Made by a program: the position numbers and the translations under genes
The notes under the pieces: model-generated
Told to the model about the DNA's origin: nothing
The model's input: only the letters and a program-made list of their open reading frames with translations
Databases searched by the model: none
Shown here: in pieces, positions 9,855-18,431 of the stretch
How the letters are laid out: every line of letters starts with the position of its first letter
Numbering within the stretch: position 1 is the first letter of the stretch
Assembly (NCBI GenBank): GCA_016764895.1
Contig: JAESRA010000069.1
Location: 1,045 to 65,044 of the forward strand
Length of the DNA: 64,000 nucleotides
Source of the DNA: Phycisphaerales bacterium
Lineage (GTDB): Bacteria > Planctomycetota > Phycisphaerae > Phycisphaerales > UBA1924
Direction: 5' to 3'

Positions 9855-10125
9855 ATAGAGAGGTATTCGGTGACTATCTTAGCGCAAAGAAGGTTTCAGG
9901 GGTAGCTATCGGACGCTTGCTGTATTCCTGAGGAGGAATGGTGTATTTGGTGCTTGACTCGCGGGGCCGAATGATGGACTATACTTTTGATGTAGAGGGC
10001 AAAGCTTGCCCCTGCACACAGTTGTAATCCATGGTTTGAGCGAGGCGATAATCGTTGCCCCGAGCTTTGGATTGCCGGTACTAGAACTAGGCAGCAGAAC
10101 TCTTCACTTTGAAGAATGGGTTTGG

Positions 10126-11340
10126 ATGACTATGCTCACAGGCATATTGGAATGGCCACAGCGCACCGAGGGGCGTGTTCGTATCAACGGCACGACAGTA
10201 GACACCGCTGAAGGCATCGAAATCAAAGACGATCCGTTTGTTCCGATTCACTTCGGTGACGAACTCCCCCTGCGCGATGGTTTGCGGGTCGAAGTCGTAG
10301 TCGAAATGAAAAAGCCCCGCCGCCGACGGCGCGGAAAGAACAACGGCCCGCGCCAGCCAAGGCTGGTCGTTGAACGCTTTGTCAGCATCGAAGGGATGTC
10401 GCCCGAAGCGTTTGCCAATCGCAAAAAATTCGAGGACCTTACATCCATCGACCCTGAGCCGATCCTGAAGCTAGAGCATCCCGGCTGCGCCCCATCGTGC
10501 CGATTGATTGACATGTTTTGCCCGATCGGCCGCGGCCAGCGCGGGATGATCGTTTCGCCACCCAAAGCCGGCAAGACGACCCTACTCAAAGACATCACCA
10601 CCGGAATCCTCATCAATCACCCCGATGTCCATGTGATCGCGCTGCTCATCGATGAGCGTCCCGAAGAAGTGACCGATTTTACGCGGGCCTTCTTGGGGAA
10701 CCTGGCGCAGCGCGAAGGGGATGCAGAGTGGGACAAGCCGTGGGACCGGGACCGGATCGAGGTCATTGCATCAAGCAACGACCACGACATCAAACGGCAC
10801 ATCGAGATTTCGACCCAAACCATTGACCGTTGTAAGCGGATGGTCGAGAACGGGCAGCATGTTGTGGTGGTACTCGATTCATTGACCCGTCTTGGGCGAG
10901 CGTTTAACCGTTCGGGCCGGCATGCCAACTCAGGACGAACGCTCTCAGGCGGGATCGATTCCAAAGCGCTCGAAGTTCCCAAGAGAATCTTTGGCGCAGC
11001 CCGCAACACTGAAGAAGGCGGATCACTCACGATCATCGCGACTTGCCTGGTCGATACAGGCTCCCAAGGCGATCAGGTGATCTTCGAAGAGTTCAAAGGC
11101 ACCGGCAATATGGAACTGATCCTTGACCGGAAGATCGCCGAGAAGCGGTTGTTCCCTGCGATCAATCTTGCTGCAAGCGGGACGCGCAAAGATGAGAAAC
11201 TCATCGGCAGCGAGCCGCTCAAAACGATTACTGCATTGCGTCGCCGCATGATGAACATGCCGCCGCCGCAGCAGATCGAGCAGTTGCTCGCGGCCTTGGC
11301 CCGCTTTGAGACCAACGAGGGGTTGGTCGGTAAGGCTTAG
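10126..11340 (+). CDS. rho: transcription termination factor Rho (start uncertain; ORF is open from TTG 10006)
   Basis: PIGRGQRGMIVSPPKAGKTTLL (Walker A), LLIDERPEEVTDF, GGSLTIIATCLVDTGS and FKGTGNMELILDRKIAEKRLFPAI. The first in-frame ATG is at 10126 (MTMLTGILEW...). No Rho_N-like helix bundle is visible upstream. Confidence 0.9.
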   Translation: MTMLTGILEWPQRTEGRVRINGTTVDTAEGIEIKDDPFVPIHFGDELPLRDGLRVEVVVEMKKPRRRRRGKNNGPRQPRLVVERFVSIEGMSPEAFANRKKFEDLTSIDPEPILKLEHPGCAPSCRLIDMFCPIGRGQRGMIVSPPKAGKTTLLKDITTGILINHPDVHVIALLIDERPEEVTDFTRAFLGNLAQREGDAEWDKPWDRDRIEVIASSNDHDIKRHIEISTQTIDRCKRMVENGQHVVVVLDSLTRLGRAFNRSGRHANSGRTLSGGIDSKALEVPKRIFGAARNTEEGGSLTIIATCLVDTGSQGDQVIFEEFKGTGNMELILDRKIAEKRLFPAINLAASGTRKDEKLIGSEPLKTITALRRRMMNMPPPQQIEQLLAALARFETNEGLVGKA

Positions 11341-11346
11341 TATAAA

Positions 11347-11414
11347 CTTGTTGTCACTTTGTCACTTTGTCACTTTGTCACTTTGTCACTTTGTCACTTT
11401 GTCACTTTGTCATT
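11347..11414. repeat. octanucleotide tandem repeat (GTCACTTT)x7 plus partial units
   Basis: Seven perfect head-to-tail GTCACTTT units at 11353-11408 with degenerate flanks. It starts 7 bp after the rho stop, between convergent genes. Confidence 0.95.
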
Positions 11415-11448
11415 AGCAGGCAGTTTTGACCGGTGGCGATGCCGGTGT

Positions 11449-12057
11449 TTATTTTTCATTGGACTTGGGGAGATGGCGACTCAAGAACAGCCCGATATGC
11501 ACAAGTTGTTTGTCATCAGCCGGGCCTGAGTCGTTGCAGAACTCCCAGATTTGATCGATCATTTCATTGAGTTTGGCGAGTTGTTTTTTATCCACCCAAA
11601 CGCTGTGCCCGCCGCAGTGGTGGTTGCGTTGATCGGTGCGTGGGTTGACATCGGGATCGCGGGCGCCGCGTTCATACTTGCGGGCCAGTAAACGGGCGAG
11701 TGCTTTGGCGAAGGTCATGTGGTAGTCGAGGTTTTTGGGGTCGTCTTGATTGAACCGTGTTCCGATCATGCTTGCCAGTGGCCGGTAGAGTTGTTCGTAG
11801 CGTTTGCCGATGAGCCGGGTGTTGGATTCGATGAGCAACCCGCACTCAACGAGTTTCTGGATATGCGGATAAAGCGAGGTACGCGCGCGGGCGAGGAACT
11901 CAGCAATATCTGCGGCCGAGCATTCGCCAAGGGCAGCGGCGGCGTCCAAGACTTCCCATCTGACAGGATTGGCAAGAGCCTGCATGGTGGTGGTGTCTTC
12001 AACAATAAAAAACGGGATGGTTTCGGGTGGTGTTGTGTGTGGTGTTATTGGTGACAT
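11449..12057 (-). CDS. ArsR-family winged-helix transcriptional regulator
   Basis: ALANPVRWEVLDAAAALGECSAADIAEFLARARTSLYPHIQKLVECGLLIE matches the ArsR/SmtB HTH layout (PxR..IL...E.s..ela..lg.s.s..S.HL..L...GLv). The first ATG is at 12057; the ORF track extends to TTG 12081. Confidence 0.6.
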   Translation of the reverse strand: MSPITPHTTPPETIPFFIVEDTTTMQALANPVRWEVLDAAAALGECSAADIAEFLARARTSLYPHIQKLVECGLLIESNTRLIGKRYEQLYRPLASMIGTRFNQDDPKNLDYHMTFAKALARLLARKYERGARDPDVNPRTDQRNHHCGGHSVWVDKKQLAKLNEMIDQIWEFCNDSGPADDKQLVHIGLFLSRHLPKSNEK

Positions 12058-12096
12058 GATGATTTGTGTATTGAATATCAAAAACTAAAATGGTTT

Positions 12097-12125
12097 GGTG
12101 TGATGAATGCCAAGTGTATCACACC
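12097..12125. promoter_or_regulatory. candidate operator: 8-bp inverted repeat GGTGTGAT-N13-ATCACACC
   Basis: Perfect 8-bp arms at 12097-12104 and 12118-12125, in the divergent region between the ArsR-like gene and the first dockerin-tailed gene. Confidence 0.3.
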
Positions 12126-12329
12126 TGGTGCATTTGCAGGCAAGGGCTTGCTGGCCGACGGCAATGGAGCCTTGCAGGGCATTTGGGGTCCGATATTTGT
12201 GTGACGCTTGGAGGGAATTGTTAAAAATGTACTCGCTTTTGATATAAAATCTGGTATGGTGGAAGCCGGGGTATCACGCCTTATCGGCGCGTTGGTTGTG
12301 TATGTGTTAAACCATGAGAGCGAGTACCA

Positions 12330-13322
12330 GTGATGAATATCAAGTTTGCTTCGATGTGTGCTTTGGTCGGACTTTGTGTTGTGAGTGCCTTTGGTGAAGA
12401 GGTTGTTGTCCAGAACGACAGTCTTACAGCCGGAGACAGCGCGAGTATCTGTCCGTGCTTTGTTGGTGGCGAAGAAGCCGCCGTCTGGCTGACATCGCCC
12501 TGTGATGGCTCGATCGTGGCGATTCAAATCTTCTGGAGATCACAATTTGGCGGAGCCCCGATATCGCTCGAAGATTCGATCATTGTCTACGAAGGGGGCG
12601 CGTTTCCCAATGTCGGCCCCGTCAAGAGCGAACTGCTCTCGCCCGCAATGATCGACGGCGGACTCAACGAGTTCCGGTATACCGATGAGAACCAAACAAT
12701 CCCGATCAACATCCCGGTGACCGCCGGCGAAGAGTTTGTCGTTTCGCTCAAGTTCTTTAACAACTCGACAGTATTTGGCCCCAGTATTCTCTTTGATGAT
12801 TCAGGGATCACGCCAGGCAAGAACGCAGTCAAAGTCAACGGCAACCTCTGGCAGTCAGCCGAATCGCTCGGGGTCACAGGCGACTGGATTATCCGTGTCA
12901 TAGTTGATTGTACAGGCGGTCTTGTTGGCTCGGTATGTCTCGAGAACGGCGGGTGTATTGATGGAATGACCGAAGAAGAAGCCGATTTACTCGGCGGCGT
13001 ATGGAGCGGCCCCGGATCAACATGTGCAGAGGTTCAATGTCTTGGTGCTTGCGAAATCCCCGCTACCGGAGCGTGCGTTCAGTTTGATCTGGCGACCTGT
13101 GATGTGGTTGGCGGCAACTGGTTCGGCCCCGGAACAACCGAGTGTGTCACCTCATGCCCGCCAGACATGAACATGGACGGCATGCTCGATTTCTTCGATA
13201 TTTCCGCATTCTTGACCGCATTTTCAAACCAGGACCCCGTCGCCGACTTCACAGACGATGGCCAGTTCGACTTCTTCGATATTTCCGCGTTCTTGACGGC
13301 GTTCGGGCAAGGGTGTCCATGA
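12330..13322 (+). CDS. secreted protein of unknown function with C-terminal 55-aa double EF-hand dockerin-like module (island gene A)
   Basis: Signal peptide MMNIKFASMCALVGLCVVSAFG (GTG 12330 / ATG 12333). Two Cys-rich C...GG-x-W-x-GPG-x2-C repeats. Terminal module at 13155-13319: CPPDMNMDGMLDFFDISAFLTAFSNQDPVADFTDDGQFDFFDISAFLTAFGQGCP. Confidence 0.85.
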   Translation: MMNIKFASMCALVGLCVVSAFGEEVVVQNDSLTAGDSASICPCFVGGEEAAVWLTSPCDGSIVAIQIFWRSQFGGAPISLEDSIIVYEGGAFPNVGPVKSELLSPAMIDGGLNEFRYTDENQTIPINIPVTAGEEFVVSLKFFNNSTVFGPSILFDDSGITPGKNAVKVNGNLWQSAESLGVTGDWIIRVIVDCTGGLVGSVCLENGGCIDGMTEEEADLLGGVWSGPGSTCAEVQCLGACEIPATGACVQFDLATCDVVGGNWFGPGTTECVTSCPPDMNMDGMLDFFDISAFLTAFSNQDPVADFTDDGQFDFFDISAFLTAFGQGCP

Positions 13323-13411
13323 CTCCTACGATCAAATAAGTGCCGATGTGTTGACGGCCTTGTGTAGAGGCACAAAATCCGTCTCCAGTGACATCCACGC
13401 AGGAGTATCAG

Positions 13412-15325
13412 ATGATGAGCACCTCTTCACTGAATGGTTTACTGTCACCGATTCGATTCGGAATATTGGCATGTGTGCTATCGACTCCTGTGCATGCGCA
13501 AGACCAGTTTGGGATCGATCAAGCAAAGGCAAGCATGGACGCGGCCGATGTTGCCCAGCCCCAGGCAGGCCCGCCGTTGTGGGAACCGAGCACGCCTACG
13601 CAGAACCCATACTCAGAATCCAAGCGTGTGCTTGGAAAAATACTGTTCTGGGATGAACAACTTTCCAGCGACAACACGATTTCATGCGGCACCTGCCACA
13701 TCCCCGCCAGCGGCGGTGCCGATCCCCGCCCTGGGCTTCATCCGGGATTCGACGAATCATTCTTAACCGTTGACGATGTGCTCGGCTCTCGGGGCGTGAT
13801 TCGTATGGATGAGATGGACGAGTACCAGCAGAGTGATTCATTTGGCCTTGAGGTGCAAGTGACAGGTCGCGTGTCGCAGTCCAACATGATGGGGATGTTT
13901 GCAGGGAGTTTGTTCTGGGATGGCCGAGCAGAACTGAACTTCGTCGATCCAGAGACCGGCGAGTTGCTGTTCCAGTCCGGTGTAGCCGGCCTTGAAATCC
14001 AAGCAACCGCGCCGATCTTAAACGAAATAGAAATGGGGCACGCCGGGCGAACATGGGATCAGGTCCGCGACAAGCTCGACCTGGTAAGACCCCTTGCGCT
14101 CTCAGACTCAATCCCGCCAGACATGCTCGCGGCCATTGGTGTCGATCCGACCTACGCAGAACTTTTCGAACTCGCATTCGGCGACCCAGAAATCACAGCC
14201 GTGCGGATCGCCTTTGCTATGGCAACCTACCAGCGGACGCTGATCCCCAACCAATCTCCATGGGACTTGTGGAACGACGGCGATGACGGAGCGATGACAT
14301 TTGAGCAGAAAGCCGGCTTTAGCCTGCTCCAAGCCTCGGCGTGTGGATTCTGTCACGCAGCACCAACCTTCAGCAACTTCGATCTTATGGTTGACGGCGT
14401 CCGCCCTCCATTCGAAGACATCGGCCGTCAGGCAGTGACCGGGCTGAGTTCTGATCGGGGCAAGTTCAAAACCCCATCAATACGAAATGTCGCCCTGCGG
14501 AACCGGTTAATGCACACCGGAGGGCTCGCCGACATCGACGACATCTTTGATTTCTATGGCCACCGCAACGGCCTCGTGCCCTTCTTCGATAACGCTCATT
14601 TTCTCGTGCGATCACCGATCTTATTTAGTGAATCAGGCGAGATCGCGGTCAAGGATTTCTTGGTCAACGCCCTCACAGACCCACGCGTCGCAAACGAGAC
14701 CTTCCCATTCGACCGTCCCGGGCTCTACACAGAACGGGCAGTGCCAAACCCCAAGATCATCGGCAGCGGCGATACCGGTTCGGGCGGCTTTATCCCCAAG
14801 ATGATCGCGGTGATCCCGCCGAACCTGGGCAACGATGATTTCAAGATCGGAGTTGATTTCGCGCTCGGCGGCGCCCAAGCATGGGTCGCGGTTTCTTCAA
14901 ATCCGCCCGTCGGTGGGGTTCTTCCTCAAGACGAGTTGATCGGACCGATCACACTCATCGGCATGGGCAACGGCGGCGGCTTCGGAACACTCGCCTACCC
15001 AATCGCCAATAACCCAGCACTCGACGGCCAACGCCTGTACATGCAGTGGATCATCTCAGACCCCGCCGGACTCAACAAAGGTGGCGATGGATTTGTTCGT
15101 TCACCAGTTGCGCAGCTGGATATATTCTGCACCGAAGCGGTCCCGTGTTCGGTTGCCTGCGCGGCAGATTTCAACGGCGACGGTTTATCGGACTTCTTTG
15201 ATATCGCGGCGTTCCTCTCTGCATTCTCCTCTGGGCATCCATCGGCGGATCTGAGTGGCGACGGATCATTCGATTTCTTTGATATTTCAGCGTTCTTGTC
15301 TGTATTTGGACAGGGATGCCCATAA
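13412..15325 (+). CDS. di-haem cytochrome c peroxidase (CCP/MauG family) with C-terminal dockerin-like module (island gene B)
   Basis: ATG 13412 follows AGGAG at 13401-13405. Signal peptide ...ILACVLSTPVHAQ. Two haem motifs, CGTCH and CGFCH, plus GKFKTPSIRNVALRNRLMHTG, typical of the bacterial CCP family. Module at 15158-15322. Confidence 0.9.
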   Translation: MMSTSSLNGLLSPIRFGILACVLSTPVHAQDQFGIDQAKASMDAADVAQPQAGPPLWEPSTPTQNPYSESKRVLGKILFWDEQLSSDNTISCGTCHIPASGGADPRPGLHPGFDESFLTVDDVLGSRGVIRMDEMDEYQQSDSFGLEVQVTGRVSQSNMMGMFAGSLFWDGRAELNFVDPETGELLFQSGVAGLEIQATAPILNEIEMGHAGRTWDQVRDKLDLVRPLALSDSIPPDMLAAIGVDPTYAELFELAFGDPEITAVRIAFAMATYQRTLIPNQSPWDLWNDGDDGAMTFEQKAGFSLLQASACGFCHAAPTFSNFDLMVDGVRPPFEDIGRQAVTGLSSDRGKFKTPSIRNVALRNRLMHTGGLADIDDIFDFYGHRNGLVPFFDNAHFLVRSPILFSESGEIAVKDFLVNALTDPRVANETFPFDRPGLYTERAVPNPKIIGSGDTGSGGFIPKMIAVIPPNLGNDDFKIGVDFALGGAQAWVAVSSNPPVGGVLPQDELIGPITLIGMGNGGGFGTLAYPIANNPALDGQRLYMQWIISDPAGLNKGGDGFVRSPVAQLDIFCTEAVPCSVACAADFNGDGLSDFFDIAAFLSAFSSGHPSADLSGDGSFDFFDISAFLSVFGQGCP

Positions 15326-15516
15326 TTTATTCGGCCCTGTTCATTATTGAATAAGGGTCGGCAGTATGCGATTTCCTTGCAACCGTGGGGCTTTTGAGCC
15401 GAAGATACAAAGTGGGCAATCGCCCTTGCATACGCTATTACACCGAGATTTTGAATCGGTAGTTAATTTGAAGACTGTTCAACAACCCAAAATGGATCTG
15501 TAGGGAGACCAATCCA

Positions 15517-16875
15517 ATGAAGCATCTTTTGTGTACATGTATTCTCGCCGCCGGAGCAGCCAGTGCTCATGGCCAGCTCTCAAGAGTGGTCTACGCCAAC
15601 GGCATCGACCGTCCTGTGTTTATGACCCACGCCGGTGATGACTCAAACCGGATGTTCGTCATCGAGCAAGAAGGTGCGATCCGAATCATTGATGCGGGCG
15701 GCAACCTGCTGCCAGCACCCTTCATCGATATTGACGCGATCGTAGTCGGCGGCAACAGCGGCGGTGACGAGCGAGGCCTCCTCGGTCTCGCGTTCCACCC
15801 AGACTACGCCAACAACGGCAAGTTCTATGTCAACTACACAGGAAGCGGTACAGCCACCCGCATCGCAGAATACCAGGTTTTAGCGGGTGATCCAGACATC
15901 GCCAACCCAGCCACGGCTCGGATCCTGATGACCATCGGCCAACCATTCTCAAACCACAACGGCGGCTGGATGGGATTCGGCCCAGACGGCTTCCTGTACA
16001 TCGCTACAGGTGACGGCGGATCGGGCAACGACCCAGGAAACCGCGCAGCCAATCTCGGCCAACTCCTCGGTAAAATCCTCCGCATCGATGTCGATACTCA
16101 AGACGCCGGGTTGGAGTACGGGATTCCAGCCGGAAACCCATGGGCCGACGATGGCGACCCCGGTACGCGTGCCGAAATTTGGCACTACGGCCTGCGCAAT
16201 CCCTGGCGGACAAGCTTCGACAGTGAAACCGGCGACATGTGGATCGGCGATGTCGGGCAAAATGCACGGGAAGAAGTGAATCACGATATCGGCAATGTCG
16301 GCGGCAAAAACTACGGCTGGCGATGCCGCGAAGGCTTCCAGGCAACCGGGATGGCATGTACCGCCCCCGATCCATGGACCGATCCGGTGCATGATTACCC
16401 ACTATCGGGCGGCAACTGCTCGGTCATCGGCGGGTTTGTCTATCGCGGATGTGAACTTGGTGAAGCCTATCAAGGAAAGTACTTCTTTGGTGATTACTGT
16501 GCCGGTACCATCTGGACTCTTGATCCAGACAACGGCTACGCCTTGTCAACCGAGTTTGACTTTGGCTTTGGTCTCTCCTCATGGGGAACCGACGAAAGCG
16601 GTGAGTTGTACATGGCCAACCTCTTCGGTGGAACAGTGTACAAAATGGTGAATACAAGTGCACCCGATGTGGACGAAAACGGGATTCCAGATGCGTGTGA
16701 ATCCTCGTGCCTGCCCGACATGAACGGCGACGAAACACTCGATTTCTTTGATATTTCAGCATTCCTGACCGCATTTTCAGCCGGAGATCTAAGTGCGGAT
16801 TTTACCGGTGATGGCGCACTCGATTTCTTTGATATCAGCGCATTCTTGACCGCGTTCGCCACTGGCTGCCCATAA
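15517..16875 (+). CDS. PQQ-dependent sugar dehydrogenase (soluble glucose/sorbosone dehydrogenase-type beta-propeller) with C-terminal dockerin-like module (island gene C)
   Basis: Signal peptide MKHLLCTCILAAGAASAHG. ERGLLGLAFHPDY, NHNGGWMGFGPDGFLYIATGDGG, LGKILRIDV, GLRNPWR, GDVGQNAREEVN and NYGWRCREG match the GSDH family. Module at 16708-16872. Confidence 0.9.
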   Translation: MKHLLCTCILAAGAASAHGQLSRVVYANGIDRPVFMTHAGDDSNRMFVIEQEGAIRIIDAGGNLLPAPFIDIDAIVVGGNSGGDERGLLGLAFHPDYANNGKFYVNYTGSGTATRIAEYQVLAGDPDIANPATARILMTIGQPFSNHNGGWMGFGPDGFLYIATGDGGSGNDPGNRAANLGQLLGKILRIDVDTQDAGLEYGIPAGNPWADDGDPGTRAEIWHYGLRNPWRTSFDSETGDMWIGDVGQNAREEVNHDIGNVGGKNYGWRCREGFQATGMACTAPDPWTDPVHDYPLSGGNCSVIGGFVYRGCELGEAYQGKYFFGDYCAGTIWTLDPDNGYALSTEFDFGFGLSSWGTDESGELYMANLFGGTVYKMVNTSAPDVDENGIPDACESSCLPDMNGDETLDFFDISAFLTAFSAGDLSADFTGDGALDFFDISAFLTAFATGCP

Positions 16876-16986
16876 CCAGTTTGTCGTTCCGATTTGCGAA
16901 ATCGCATATGTGAAGATAGAGCATATGTGAAAAAGAGAAGGTTTGGCGAGGTGTCTCGTTGCAGTGTGTCTGCTTTTGAATAGGAC

Positions 16987-17024
16987 GCTTTGCTGCCCGC
17001 TTTGTTGCCCGCTTTGTTGCCCGC
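16987..17024. repeat. 12-bp tandem repeat GCTTTG(C/T)TGCCC x3
   Basis: Three adjacent units at 16987-17022 in the C-D intergenic spacer, followed by the hairpin CCAGATCA-CTAC-TGATCTGG at 17027-17046. Confidence 0.9.
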
Positions 17025-17086
17025 ATCCAGATCACTACTGATCTGGTTGTGGGCGAACTTGCCGAACCTGTCTTTCTAGCCCGCGC

Positions 17087-17130
17087 CAGTGAATCCATGC
17101 CGGTGAACCCATACCGGTGAACCCATACCG
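17087..17130. repeat. 14-bp tandem repeat (C(A/G)GTGAA(T/C)CCAT(G/A)C) x3
   Basis: Units at 17087-17100, 17101-17114 and 17115-17128 (the last two identical). The repeat ends 28 bp upstream of the gene D ATG. Confidence 0.9.
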
Positions 17131-17157
17131 ACGACGCTCAATCAGGGAGTAAGTGAG

Positions 17158-18237
17158 ATGAGAAACATGTTTCAAAAATGTACAGTCAGCATCGGAATAA
17201 CACTGGCAACGCTATCAGGTACCGCCTTTGGAGATGAGTTCGACGGGGTCGTTGATTCCGTCGCATCTACCGCCGCTCTGTCAGGATCGGTAGAGATTCA
17301 CAACAACGGCATCTTGATCGGCGATTTCAACGCCGAGACAAACCCAACAGGCACCAGCACCATCCCAGGGCTCTTCGGCGGATCGGGCAACAACCCGATC
17401 GACATGCAACTCACCGGCGCAGTCAATACCGATCTCAACACCAACCCCACCGGCTCGATGGTACTCGACATCGACTTTGACCTACTCATCATCGACATCG
17501 AGAATCTCACACTCGATCTACTGGGCGGCCAAACCGGCGCAGCCCAGCCGACCGTCTCGATGATCTATGACACCTTCCGCTCCGTCAATCCAACATTTCT
17601 CTACTTCGGAGGGATTCCATTCGAATTCCCCATCGGCGATGCGTCAACCATCGATCAAGCCGTAGCCACGCAGACAGGCCCAGCCGCAGGCGTGCTCGTT
17701 GCATCTGGAAATCCCGATGTCTTCGACTTCACCATCTTGATCCCGGCAGAACTAGCGATCGAACTCACCCTTGGCTTCGGAGATTTCCAACCGCCAGATG
17801 ACGGGCTCGCACCACTCCCAATGGTCTTGCCTCTGACGGGAATTATCCAACGCATGGGCGATGGTTCAGTCCAACTAACCATGACCACCGAGACACAACA
17901 ACTCGAGCAGATCACACCGATTGAAGGCGTCACATCACCAGAGATTCCCTTCGAGCTCCCGACATTTGGAGCCGAAACAGCCGGGGTACTCTTTACGCTC
18001 ACTCCGGATGAACTGGCCGTCGGACTCAGCTACGGCTGGACACTCTTTGTCAATGGCTCGCCTGCGTCCTGTATCCCAGATTTCAATGGCGACGGCGAAC
18101 TCGATTTCTTCGATATCTCCGCATTCCTCACGGCATTCTCAGCCAGCGACCCAGCCGCCGATCTCACCGGCGACGGCGCGTTGGACTTCTTTGACATCAG
18201 CGCATTCTTAACCGCGTTCGCCGCTGGCTGCCCATAA
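17158..18237 (+). CDS. secreted protein of unknown function with C-terminal dockerin-like module (island gene D)
   Basis: GGGAG SD-like motif at 17145-17149. Signal peptide MRNMFQKCTVSIGITLATLSGTAFG. I recognise no catalytic motif. Module at 18070-18234: CIPDFNGDGELDFFDISAFLTAFSASDPAADLTGDGALDFFDISAFLTAFAAGCP. Confidence 0.8.
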   Translation: MRNMFQKCTVSIGITLATLSGTAFGDEFDGVVDSVASTAALSGSVEIHNNGILIGDFNAETNPTGTSTIPGLFGGSGNNPIDMQLTGAVNTDLNTNPTGSMVLDIDFDLLIIDIENLTLDLLGGQTGAAQPTVSMIYDTFRSVNPTFLYFGGIPFEFPIGDASTIDQAVATQTGPAAGVLVASGNPDVFDFTILIPAELAIELTLGFGDFQPPDDGLAPLPMVLPLTGIIQRMGDGSVQLTMTTETQQLEQITPIEGVTSPEIPFELPTFGAETAGVLFTLTPDELAVGLSYGWTLFVNGSPASCIPDFNGDGELDFFDISAFLTAFSASDPAADLTGDGALDFFDISAFLTAFAAGCP

Positions 18238-18272
18238 AGTTATTCCCAATAAAAATTCATAGATCACTCAAT

Positions 18273-18299
18273 CGACCGTTCATGTAACGGTCGGTTTTT
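18273..18299 (+). terminator. Rho-independent terminator after gene D
   Basis: CGACCGTT-CATGT-AACGGTCG stem-loop followed by GTTTTTA. Confidence 0.7.
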
Positions 18300-18431
18300 A
18301 TGTGTTTATTAGGCTGTATGGTCTAAAAACAAGGGATTATCTCCGAGTTTGGTCTTTGGAAAATGAGGTTTGTGTGCTATTCTTGTTATGCTCATAGGGA
18401 GTATTGCTGAGTTGAGTTTTTAGGAGAGAGA

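Noticed and set aside
9954-9985. TTGACT … TATACT as the rho promoter
   Set aside because: The spacing is 20 nt, outside the usual 16-18 nt window, so I did not report it as a feature.
10006-10125. TTG-initiated N-terminal extension of rho given in the ORF track
   Set aside because: It has no SD-like motif and no similarity to the Rho N-terminal domain. I kept it only as an alternative start.
11347-11414. Possible CRISPR array
   Set aside because: The units are 8 bp and directly adjacent with no spacers. This is a microsatellite, not a CRISPR array. No cas genes are in the window.
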